Origin: a virus
Lineage: Duplodnaviria; Heunggongvirae; Uroviricota; Caudoviricetes
DNA: 19,850 nucleotides
Reading direction: 5' to 3' (one strand)
IMG/VR virus record: IMGVR_UViG_2609460156_000001
Coordinates: 89,814 to 109,663 of that record
Below are positions 1 through 8,178 of the stretch, one piece after another (position 1 is the first letter of the stretch; the number at the start of each line of letters is the position of its first letter). Under the pieces are notes generated by a model. That model saw only the letters and a list, made by a program, of their open reading frames with translations, searched no databases and was not told where the DNA came from. The translations under genes and the position numbers were made by a program.

Positions 1-20
1 CCCCAGGCCTCCGCTTCCTG

Positions 21-305
21 ATGTCGCTCGCGCTGCGGCTCGGCAAGACGTTGGCCGAGCTGTGCGAGCAGATGTCGTCCGCCGAGCTGAGTCTCTGGAT
101 CGGGTACGACGCGGAATCGCCGGTTGCAGACGATCGTGCGGATCTGCATGCGGCGATGATCGCGGCGGCGGCGTTTCAGTCGCAGGGCGCAAAGGTCAAG
201 GTGTCGGACATGATGCCGAGATGGTCCGGCGAGCCCGCGACGGCGGAGGGAGAGGAAGGCGGCGGTGATCCGTTTCAAGCCGCCCTGATGCGCATGGCGA
301 AGTAG
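21..305 (+). CDS. Tail assembly chaperone, gpT-like (probably C-terminal part of a G-T frameshift product)
   Basis: Sits directly upstream of the tape measure. The sequence LALRLGKTLAEL..MSSAELSLW..YD..SP..DDRAD resembles gpT-type proteins. The same frame is open from base 3 (PGLRFL), so the true start may lie outside the window. Confidence 0.75.
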   Translation: MSLALRLGKTLAELCEQMSSAELSLWIGYDAESPVADDRADLHAAMIAAAAFQSQGAKVKVSDMMPRWSGEPATAEGEEGGGDPFQAALMRMAK

Positions 306-318
306 GCGAGAACACACT

Positions 319-3300
319 ATGGCAACAAGCCTTCGCGAGCTGATCGTCAGCGTTACGGCGAATACGACCGAATACGACCGCCGCATGCGCGGTCTCTCGT
401 CGACGGCCGGCTCGTATTTCAATGCGGTGCGCGACGGCGGGCGCACAGCGGATGCGGCGTTTGCCTCGAACGCCGCAAGCGTGCAGGTCACGGTGCGCGC
501 GCTCGACGCGGCGCGCAGTTCGATCCGCGAATACGCACAAGCCGCCGCAGCGGCGTTCGGCGTGCATCAGTTGATCGAGTACGCCGACGAATGGACGAAC
601 CTGAGCAATCGCCTTCGGATCGTCACGCGTGACCAGATCGATTTCGCGATTGCGCAGAACGACGTGCTGCGCATCGCGCGCGACACACGGCAACCGCTCG
701 ACGCGACAGCCGAGCTGTATCAGCGGATCGCAAACAACGCGTCGCATCTCGGGTTGTCTATCAAACAGGTCGGCCCGCTTGTCACCACGATCAGCAAGGC
801 GGTCGCGTTGTCGGGTGTCTCGGCAGATACTGCTCGTATGGGGCTCGTGCAGCTTGGACAAGCGTTCGCGGCGGGGCAGTTGCGCGGTCAGGATCTGAAT
901 AGCGTGCTCGAAGAGTTGCCGGGTGTCGCGGATGCTATCGCGCGCGGCATGGGCAAGAGTTCGGCGCAGCTCAAATCGATGGCCGAAGAGGGAAAGCTGA
1001 CCGTCGGTAATCTCGTCGAGGCGCTGACGCGCGCGGCGGGCGGCACGGATACGCTGTTCGAGAAAATGCAGACGACGGTCGGGCAGACGATGACGCGCCT
1101 GCAGACGGAGATCGTCAAGTATATCGGCGAGTCGGATCAAGCGACGGGCGCGAGCGCGAGGCTTGCGCAGGGAATCACGTACGTCGCAGAGCACCTCGAC
1201 GGCATCGTGAAGCTCGGCGTGTCGCTCGCGGTTGGGCGGATTGCCGTGTACTTTGGGCAATCCGCAGTCGCGGCGACGCAGGCGGCGACAGCGTGGGTCG
1301 GCGCCCAGCGAGCGCTCGTCGAGGAGACGATCAAGCAACACGAGGCGGCGCAGGCAGCGCTCGCCAAAGCGCAGGGCGATCGCGCTGCCGCGGCGGCGAA
1401 GCTTCAGAACGCGCAAGCGGCGGAGGCTTCAGCGCAGGCCGAGCTCGCGGGCATGCGAGCGATGCGCGAAAGCCTTGCGATGCAGTCGGCGTTGACGGCT
1501 GGCTCGATCAAGTACACGGAAGCGAAGCTTGCCGAAGCGCGGGCAGTCGAGGCGACGGCGCAAGCTCACGTCGCAACGGCGCGCGCCAACGTCGCCGGCA
1601 GTCAGGAAATCGGCGCGCGCATCGCGGGCACGCCGTACGCGGCGATCATCGCTCGCGAGACGGCAGCCGCGCAGCAGGAGCTCGAACGCGCCGAAGCGTC
1701 GCTCGCGCTTGCACAGCAGCGGCGTACGGCGCTTGAGGCGGCAGCAAAGCAAGGCACGATCGACAAAGCGCGTTATACGGCGTCGTTGGCTGAGACGGAC
1801 CGCGGCCTTGCGCAAGCCGAGCGCGATGTCGCGCTTGCCACGCAGGCTCGTGAGCGAGCGGAACGCGCGGCGACCGCGACCGCGGCGGGTCTGAAGACGG
1901 CGACCGAAAGCGCGGCGACGGCGCAGACGGCGCTCGCGCGTACGGGCACGATGATGCGCTCGGTTGGTTCCGGCTTGCTGGCGGCGGTCGGCGGCTTACC
2001 GGGGATTCTGGCGACCGTGGGCACGGTGGCGCTTGGGGCTGCCGCGAACTGGCTGCTGTTTCGCGACAACGCGAGCAGCGCGACGTCGAGTCTGATCGAC
2101 ATGCAGGCGCCGCTCGATCAGATCATCGACAAATATCGGCAACTGACGCCGCTGTTACAGGAATCTGAGCGGCTGCGCACGAAGCAAGAGGCGTCGCGGG
2201 CGGCCGATGACGCGCAGTCGGCATATCGGAGTTTGGCGACGCGGGCGGCGCAAAGTGTCATGGTGCCGACGTTTGGCGATGCGCCGTCGGTGGTCTCGGA
2301 TGCCGATCAGGCAGCGCTCGATCGATTCCTCGCCGGCCTGGATCGCCTCAAGACGTCGAACCTCGGCGTCGACGAGAAATCGCGCGAGATCGGGCGACTG
2401 ATCGACCGCTTCGTGTCGGCGACGAGCGGCGGCGAAGCGCTGCGCGAGGAACTGGTGCGCGCCGCGGGCGCGATCGACACGGCGGGCCTCGCTTCGCAGA
2501 AAGGCGCACAGGCACTCGCTGCAATGGATGCTGCGGCAAGGGGGGCCGCCGAGGGCGTTCGGCTGCTTTCTGACGCGAACAACTTCTTCGCCGGCGGAAT
2601 GGCATCGGAGGCGTGGGAGAAATACGTCCACAAGCTCAGGGAAGAATCCGACGTCATCGGTATGACGGCCCGCCAGAAGGCCGAGTACGAAGCGCGGACG
2701 AAGGGCGCGAATGATGCGCAGGCCCGCATGGCCGGCCTCGTCGCCGGACGAGCGGACGCATACAAGTCGCTCGAAAAAGCGATTGCCGACAAGGATGCGA
2801 AAGCCGCAGCGGGGGCGCGAACCAACATCGACAATCTGACGCGCGAGCTCGCGCTGATGAATCAGCAGATGGTGGTCGCGAAGGCGCTTGAGGAGTTCCA
2901 GGCCGATCTGTCAAGCAAGAAGTTCGAGAAGTTCGGCTTCAATGCTGACGCAGCCCGCGCCGCGGCCGCCGCGCGCGGAAAGCAAGCCTTCGACGAGACG
3001 GTCGCCTCTGCCGCTGCACAGACAGCACGCGTGTCTACCAACGCGGCAGCGGCTCGCGCGGCGAAGGGTGGCGGTGTTCATTCGCTGGAAAGCGAGCGCA
3101 TGCTCGACAACATCCGGCAGCGGATCGCGCAACTGCGCGTCGAGGCGGTCGCAACCGACAAGCTGACGCAGTCGCAAAAGGATCTCCTCGCGTTCGATCA
3201 AAAGGTGACGGATCTGCGCAGCAAGCGCAAGAAGCTGTCGGACGACGACAAGAGCCTGCTTCGCGATCAGCAGGCGATTCGCGGGATGTACGAGCAAGCG

Positions 3301-4383
3301 TCGCAACTGGAAAAGGAGGTGCGCTATCGCGACGCGATCAACAAGCTGAAGGAGCGCAGTGCGCAGATCGACGCGGAGCTCGGCGACTACGCGGCCGAGC
3401 GTCAGCGCGACGTGCAGCGCGAACTCGGGGCGATGTCCATGGGTGACAACGCGCGCGAGCTGAATCAGGCCATCAATCGCGTGAGCGACGAGTTTCGCCG
3501 TCGACGGGACGAACTGACGAAGGGCGCGCGAAAGGACGGCACGCTTGGCTCGCCCGAGTACATCGCCGAGATCGAGCGCATCAACACGGCCGAGGCGGAG
3601 CAGGTCGCGCGCGAGCGCGGCTATCTCGAGCAGCGGCTCGCATTGCAGGCCGACTGGCGCGTCGGCGTGAGGCGGGCGATAGCGGTCTATCAGGAATCCG
3701 CGCAGAACGCAGCGCAGATGGCCGAGGAGGCGCTGACGAGTTCGTTCCGCAATGCCGAGGATGCACTCGTGTCGTTCGCGGCGTCGGGCAAGCTCAATTT
3801 CCGCGGACTGATCGACAGCATGATCGCCGACCTCGCGCGGTTTTCGGCGCGCGCGGCGATGTCTCAGGTGTTCGGAGCGATCGGCTCCGCTTTGGGCTTC
3901 GGCGGTGTCTCCGATGCCGTCGGCGCGCTCGGTGGTGCGGCAAGCGCGGCTGTCGGCTCGAATGCCTATGGCTTTCATCTCGCGACGGGCGGGGCGGTGT
4001 GGGGACCGGGCACGTCCACGAGCGACAGCATCCCGGCGCAGCTTTCGAACGGCGAATTCGTGGTCCGCGCCGCAGTGGTGTCGCAGCCGGGCGTGCGCGC
4101 ACACCTTGAGCGATTGAACGCAGGGGGGCGATCCGGCTTCGCGCGATTCGCCGCGGGTGGGCTCGTTGGCGGGAGCGCGGGAGGAGGGGATTCGCCGGCG
4201 CGCAACGGCGGGATCTCGGTCAGCGCGCCAGTTTCGATCGAGGGCGGATCGTCGAACCCCGCGAGCCTGATCGCGGTTGGGGAGTTCCGAAAGATGCTGG
4301 AACAGATGATACGCGAGCTCATACAACGTGAACGCCGGCAGGGCGGAACCTTGTGGAGAGCGCAAAACGGGATTGCGGGATGA
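319..4383 (+). CDS. H: Tail tape measure protein (lambda gpH-like), 1354 aa
   Basis: Ala-rich helical protein with an N-terminal tape-measure block (DEWTNLSNRL...ELYQRI...QLGQAFAAGQLRGQDLNSVLE), a lambda-type C-terminal block (FRNAEDALVSFAASGKLNFRGLIDSMIADLAR) and the ATGGAVWGPGTSTSDSIPAQLSNGEFVV motif. Confidence 0.96.
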   Translation: MATSLRELIVSVTANTTEYDRRMRGLSSTAGSYFNAVRDGGRTADAAFASNAASVQVTVRALDAARSSIREYAQAAAAAFGVHQLIEYADEWTNLSNRLRIVTRDQIDFAIAQNDVLRIARDTRQPLDATAELYQRIANNASHLGLSIKQVGPLVTTISKAVALSGVSADTARMGLVQLGQAFAAGQLRGQDLNSVLEELPGVADAIARGMGKSSAQLKSMAEEGKLTVGNLVEALTRAAGGTDTLFEKMQTTVGQTMTRLQTEIVKYIGESDQATGASARLAQGITYVAEHLDGIVKLGVSLAVGRIAVYFGQSAVAATQAATAWVGAQRALVEETIKQHEAAQAALAKAQGDRAAAAAKLQNAQAAEASAQAELAGMRAMRESLAMQSALTAGSIKYTEAKLAEARAVEATAQAHVATARANVAGSQEIGARIAGTPYAAIIARETAAAQQELERAEASLALAQQRRTALEAAAKQGTIDKARYTASLAETDRGLAQAERDVALATQARERAERAATATAAGLKTATESAATAQTALARTGTMMRSVGSGLLAAVGGLPGILATVGTVALGAAANWLLFRDNASSATSSLIDMQAPLDQIIDKYRQLTPLLQESERLRTKQEASRAADDAQSAYRSLATRAAQSVMVPTFGDAPSVVSDADQAALDRFLAGLDRLKTSNLGVDEKSREIGRLIDRFVSATSGGEALREELVRAAGAIDTAGLASQKGAQALAAMDAAARGAAEGVRLLSDANNFFAGGMASEAWEKYVHKLREESDVIGMTARQKAEYEARTKGANDAQARMAGLVAGRADAYKSLEKAIADKDAKAAAGARTNIDNLTRELALMNQQMVVAKALEEFQADLSSKKFEKFGFNADAARAAAAARGKQAFDETVASAAAQTARVSTNAAAARAAKGGGVHSLESERMLDNIRQRIAQLRVEAVATDKLTQSQKDLLAFDQKVTDLRSKRKKLSDDDKSLLRDQQAIRGMYEQASQLEKEVRYRDAINKLKERSAQIDAELGDYAAERQRDVQRELGAMSMGDNARELNQAINRVSDEFRRRRDELTKGARKDGTLGSPEYIAEIERINTAEAEQVARERGYLEQRLALQADWRVGVRRAIAVYQESAQNAAQMAEEALTSSFRNAEDALVSFAASGKLNFRGLIDSMIADLARFSARAAMSQVFGAIGSALGFGGVSDAVGALGGAASAAVGSNAYGFHLATGGAVWGPGTSTSDSIPAQLSNGEFVVRAAVVSQPGVRAHLERLNAGGRSGFARFAAGGLVGGSAGGGDSPARNGGISVSAPVSIEGGSSNPASLIAVGEFRKMLEQMIRELIQRERRQGGTLWRAQNGIAG

Positions 4384-4718
4384 AAGACACATTTGAATGG
4401 CCGTCGACGGTACAAGGGCACGGCGGCGATACGACGCTGCGTGTGCGTAAAGCCCAGTTCGGCGACGGCTACACCCAGCGGGCCGCGGACGGCCTGAACA
4501 ATCGCGAGTCGACATTCAATCTGCGTTTCGTCGGCAATGCGGCGAAGATCTCGGCAATTATCGATTTCCTCGATCGGCATGCGGGCGCGGAGTCGTTCTA
4601 CTGGACGCCGCCGCTTCGCGCCCGCGGACTCTTCGTCTGCGAAAAGTACTCCGAGCCGATCAAGAACGGCGCCGTTTACACGATGACGGCGCAGTTCGAA
4701 GAGACATTCTCTGTATAG
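4380..4718 (+). CDS. M: Minor tail protein gpM (distal tail protein), 112 aa
   Basis: ATG at 4380 overlaps the tape-measure stop (ATGA). The motif VRKAQFGDGYTQRAADGLN...FLDRHAGAESFYWTPP is typical of lambda gpM. Confidence 0.92.
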   Translation: MKDTFEWPSTVQGHGGDTTLRVRKAQFGDGYTQRAADGLNNRESTFNLRFVGNAAKISAIIDFLDRHAGAESFYWTPPLRARGLFVCEKYSEPIKNGAVYTMTAQFEETFSV

Positions 4719-4726
4719 GAGTTCAG

Positions 4727-6115
4727 ATGTCGATACTTCAAAAAATCGTCTTGGGCGAGCCGCCCAGCGGAAGTGGCGGCGACAACAACCGCGTCGCGCA
4801 CATCAAGACGAACGAGAATTTCGGTGTAGTCGAACGTTCGACTCCGCTCGATCTCAGGTATCTCAACGATAGTACGAACCTGACGCCGGACGATATCGGA
4901 AAGCGGTTCGGGATTTGGATGGCCGAGCCGGGAAAGGAAGTCGGGTTTCCGCTCGCGTCGTCCGTGCCGCCAAATTCCTGTATTCACTTGTTCAACGTTC
5001 AGGGAAGGGTCGTGATCAAGTTTCAAGCCGGCGACCTGTCTCAACTGAACGTGCTGAATGCCGGCGACTGGGTGAAGTACGTGTCGGACGGTGTGAAGAT
5101 CTGGCACGTCGCCGAGCGCGGTCGAATGATGTGGGACGAGGTTGTCGGCGGCAAGCTGACGGTGGGCGGCGATCTGTCTGCGGCGGTTCAAAGCGACGAA
5201 GGCCACCTTGTGCTTGGCAAGATGCCCGGCTATTTCTACGGAAATAGCGGGTCGGTGGGGTGGTGGTCTTTAGACGCCGGAGGATCGTACCAATACCTAC
5301 TCAGCGACCATACGTTTCGTGTCAACGACGAGGTAGTCGCAGTGTGCGAAAAGGGGAACGCTCTTCGATTCGACTGGGGGAAGAAGACGGCTGGCCAGCT
5401 CGGGGCGACGGTCGACGGCAAATACCTCGGCTATCTCTGGCACAGCGGCAATCTTGCCCAGCCGATGACGCTTGACACACCGCAGTACGTCGGGACGAAG
5501 AAGACGTTTACGCAGGCGCAGGAAATCGCAACGGCCCCTACGGGGCTACACACCCAAGCGAACTTGCATCTGAATGGGTTGGGCGGGTTGAGCTGCCTCG
5601 GGTTCTCGGGGCAGAACAATACCGTCGGCGTGCAACTCAGGGTTTCGAGTAATACGGCGGTTGCCGAATTGCAGTGCATCAACTACAACGCGACTTCGTT
5701 TGGCGTGTTGTCTGCGTCGAATTTTAACCAGGCGTCGGATCGCGCTTTCAAGTCCGACATCAGGACGCTCGAAAAAGTGATGGCGCGGCTGCGCGGTAAG
5801 CGGGGCGTGACGTATCTGCAAAAAAACAATCCGGAAGCGGGGCGGCAGGCTGGCGTCATCGCGAACGAGTGGTGGGATTTCCCGGAACTGCTCGGCGAGG
5901 GGCCGGAGATCGATGAGGACGGCGATTTCATCGTGCGTCAGTACGACGAGAGCGGCAAGGAGATTTTCGGCGAGAGCGGCCCCCCAAAGGGGCGGCCGTC
6001 GCTGACCTTCCGGTACACGAATGCCGTCGGTGTGCTGTTGGCCGGGTTGCTTGAGACGGATGCGGCGTTACAGGACGCGGTCAAGCGGATTGCCGAATTG
6101 GAGGCAGCGAAGTGA
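4727..6115 (+). CDS. Tail fibre/spike-like protein with C-terminal peptidase S74 intramolecular chaperone, 462 aa
   Basis: AGGAG RBS at 4717-4721. The S-D-x-x-x-K motif (S337 DRAF K342, codon at 5735) is followed by LRGKRGVTY...AGVIA and a C-terminal coiled coil (LLETDAALQDAVKRIAELE). Gly/aromatic beta-rich middle. Confidence 0.8.
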   Translation: MSILQKIVLGEPPSGSGGDNNRVAHIKTNENFGVVERSTPLDLRYLNDSTNLTPDDIGKRFGIWMAEPGKEVGFPLASSVPPNSCIHLFNVQGRVVIKFQAGDLSQLNVLNAGDWVKYVSDGVKIWHVAERGRMMWDEVVGGKLTVGGDLSAAVQSDEGHLVLGKMPGYFYGNSGSVGWWSLDAGGSYQYLLSDHTFRVNDEVVAVCEKGNALRFDWGKKTAGQLGATVDGKYLGYLWHSGNLAQPMTLDTPQYVGTKKTFTQAQEIATAPTGLHTQANLHLNGLGGLSCLGFSGQNNTVGVQLRVSSNTAVAELQCINYNATSFGVLSASNFNQASDRAFKSDIRTLEKVMARLRGKRGVTYLQKNNPEAGRQAGVIANEWWDFPELLGEGPEIDEDGDFIVRQYDESGKEIFGESGPPKGRPSLTFRYTNAVGVLLAGLLETDAALQDAVKRIAELEAAK

Positions 6116-6795
6116 CCATTACCGCGGACATCCAACAGCTCGAGCCGGGTCGACTGATCGAGCTTTTCGAGGTCGACTGCACGGAAATCGGCGCCGACAT
6201 GCTGCGCTTCCATGGACACATGCAGTCGACGTCGATCGTGTGGCAAGGGAACGAGTACAAGCCGTGGCCGATACAGGCCGCGGGCTTCGAGCAGACATCC
6301 GACGCGCAGCAGCCATCGCCGACGCTGCGGGTGGGCGACATCAACGGAACGATTTCGGCGCTGTGCGTTGCGCTTGGCGATCTCGTCGGCGCGAAAGTGT
6401 TCCGGCGCCGAACGCTCGCGCGCTACCTCGACGCCGTGAATTTTCCGGCCGGCAATCCGACGGCGGACCCGAACGAAGAAATGCCGACGCAGCAGTGGCG
6501 GATCGAGCAGAAGAGCGACGAGCAGCCGGGTTTGCACGTTGAATTCACGCTCTCGTCGCCGCTCGACTTCGGTGGCCAGCAACTGCCGAAACGGCAGATT
6601 ATTTCGATCTGCCAATGGGAGTATCGCGGCCCCGAGTGCGGCTATACCGGTGCGGCGTGTTTCGACAAGGACGACAACCCGGTGAGCGATCCCGCGCTCG
6701 ATCGGTGCAGCAAAAAGATCAGCGGTTGCGAACGTCGATTTGGCGTGAATAACGCGCTGCCGTTCGGCGGCTTCCTGTGCGACACGATGGCGTGA
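6112..6795 (+). CDS. L: Minor tail protein gpL, 227 aa
   Basis: GTG start overlaps the upstream stop. Has IELFEVD...LRFH...WQGNEY.PWPIQAAGFE and four C-terminal Cys (CQWEYRGPECGY...RCSKKISGC), matching the Fe-S ligands of lambda gpL. Confidence 0.95.
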   Translation: MTITADIQQLEPGRLIELFEVDCTEIGADMLRFHGHMQSTSIVWQGNEYKPWPIQAAGFEQTSDAQQPSPTLRVGDINGTISALCVALGDLVGAKVFRRRTLARYLDAVNFPAGNPTADPNEEMPTQQWRIEQKSDEQPGLHVEFTLSSPLDFGGQQLPKRQIISICQWEYRGPECGYTGAACFDKDDNPVSDPALDRCSKKISGCERRFGVNNALPFGGFLCDTMA

Positions 6796-6820
6796 CGCGC
6801 AATTCAATTTCGATACGAGG

Positions 6821-6844
6821 ACCCGCCAAACGGCGGGTTTTTTT
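6821..6844 (+). terminator. Intrinsic-terminator-like hairpin between L and K
   Basis: ACCCGCC-aaac-GGCGGGT followed by TTTTTT, ending at the base before the gpK ATG. Confidence 0.75.
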
Positions 6845-7597
6845 ATGGACGAACAGATCAAGAAGGCGATTGAGGCGCACGCGCTCGCAGAGTATCCGCG
6901 CGAGTGCTGCGGGCTCGTCGTGAAGACCGAGAGCGGCGAGATATACGTGCGCTGCCGCAACCTTGCGGCCGTGCCGACCGACCAGTTCGCGCTCGCGTCG
7001 GAGGACTACGCAGCGGCCGAAGACATGGGCGAGATTGTCGCTCTCGTTCATTCGCATCCCGGCGCATCGGCACAGCCGACCGACGAGGACCGCACGATGT
7101 GCGGGCGCAGCGGCATCGCGAAATGGGTGATCGTGTCGCTCGGCGTGCAGGCCGATGGCTCGATCGGCATCGACGACTGGTGCGAATTCGAGCCGGGAGG
7201 CTACGTCGCGCGACTAGTCGGCCGCCAGTTCGTCCATGGCGTGCACGACTGCTACGCGATCGTGCGCGACTGGTATCTCGCCGAGCGCGGCGTCGCGTTA
7301 CCCGACTTCGAGCGCGAGGACGAGTGGTGGAACGATGGCCGATCGAATCTCTACCTCAACCACTATCAGGACGCTGGCTTTCTCGACGTCGGCCGCGACG
7401 TGACGTTGCAGGTCGGCGACGTGCTGCTGATGCAGATCCGCAGCAAGAACGGCGTGCCGAATCACGCGGGCGTGTATCTCGGTGACGGGCAATTCCTGCA
7501 CCACATGCACGGGCGTCTGTCGACGCGCGCGGTGTGGGGCGGAATGTGGGCCGACAGCTGCACGACGGTGCTGCGCTACGTGGGAGACAGGAAGTGA
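6845..7597 (+). CDS. K: Tail assembly protein gpK (JAB/MPN plus NlpC/P60 domains), 250 aa
   Basis: YPRECCGLVV, HSHPx7TxxD (JAMM-like), then HDCY and NHAGVYLGDGQFLHH (NlpC/P60). Confidence 0.95.
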   Translation: MDEQIKKAIEAHALAEYPRECCGLVVKTESGEIYVRCRNLAAVPTDQFALASEDYAAAEDMGEIVALVHSHPGASAQPTDEDRTMCGRSGIAKWVIVSLGVQADGSIGIDDWCEFEPGGYVARLVGRQFVHGVHDCYAIVRDWYLAERGVALPDFEREDEWWNDGRSNLYLNHYQDAGFLDVGRDVTLQVGDVLLMQIRSKNGVPNHAGVYLGDGQFLHHMHGRLSTRAVWGGMWADSCTTVLRYVGDRK

Positions 7598-8178
7598 GCG
7601 AGACGCTTCGCATGATAAGGCTGTACGGCACGCTCGGCGTGCGTTTCGGACGCATTCACCGCCTTGCCGTCTCGTCGACCGCAGAGGCGGTGCGCGCGCT
7701 ATCGGTGCTGATTCCCGGCTTCCGTGCGTTCCTGACGTCGGCGCGCGACGCCGGCCTCACGTTCGCCGTGTTCAACGGCCGGCGCAATCTTGACGAGGAC
7801 GAGCTCGAGCATCCGGTCGGGCGCGACGAGATCCGCATTGCGCCGGTAATCGTCGGCAGTAAGCGCGGCGGGCTCTTCAACACGATTCTCGGCGCCGCAC
7901 TCGTTGCCGTTGGCGCGGTGGCGACGTTCGGTTTCGCGCAGCCGTGGGGCACATCGCTGATGGGGCTCGGCGCGTCGATGGCGCTGGGCGGCATCGTGCA
8001 GATGCTCAGTCCGCAACAGGCCGGCCTCGCGGGGACGGCGAACAACGGCACGTCGTACTACTTCAACGGACCCGTGAACAGCGCTGCGCAGGGCGAGCCG
8101 GTGCCGCTCGTCATCGGCGAAATGGTCGTCGGCTCGAAGGTGGTCAGTTCGGGAATCTATGCGGAGGATCAGGTTTGA
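7594..8178 (+). CDS. I: Tail assembly protein gpI, 194 aa
   Basis: GTG at 7594 overlaps the K stop (GTGA). Contains IRLYGTLG..FGR.HRLAV, IRIAPVIVGSKRGG, a Gly/Ala hydrophobic segment and SYYFNGPVN..AQGEPVPLVIGE...GS.VVS. Confidence 0.93.
   Translation: MSETLRMIRLYGTLGVRFGRIHRLAVSSTAEAVRALSVLIPGFRAFLTSARDAGLTFAVFNGRRNLDEDELEHPVGRDEIRIAPVIVGSKRGGLFNTILGAALVAVGAVATFGFAQPWGTSLMGLGASMALGGIVQMLSPQQAGLAGTANNGTSYYFNGPVNSAAQGEPVPLVIGEMVVGSKVVSSGIYAEDQV

Noticed and set aside
196-4515. Long minus-strand ORFs 196-1416 (406 aa) and 2911-4515 (534 aa)
   Set aside because: Arg/Ala-rich antisense shadows of the high-GC tape measure gene, with no motifs or RBS.
5821-5827. In-frame A AAA AAC slippery heptamer in the fibre gene
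   Set aside because: The -1 frame stops at TGA 5914-5916 after about 30 codons and would destroy the S74 chaperone. No stimulatory structure was seen.
7534-8174. ORF-track starts at 7534 (I) and 7944 (J)
   Set aside because: Extensions into the upstream genes; overlap-coupled starts at 7594 and 8175 fit lambda homologues and RBS placement.
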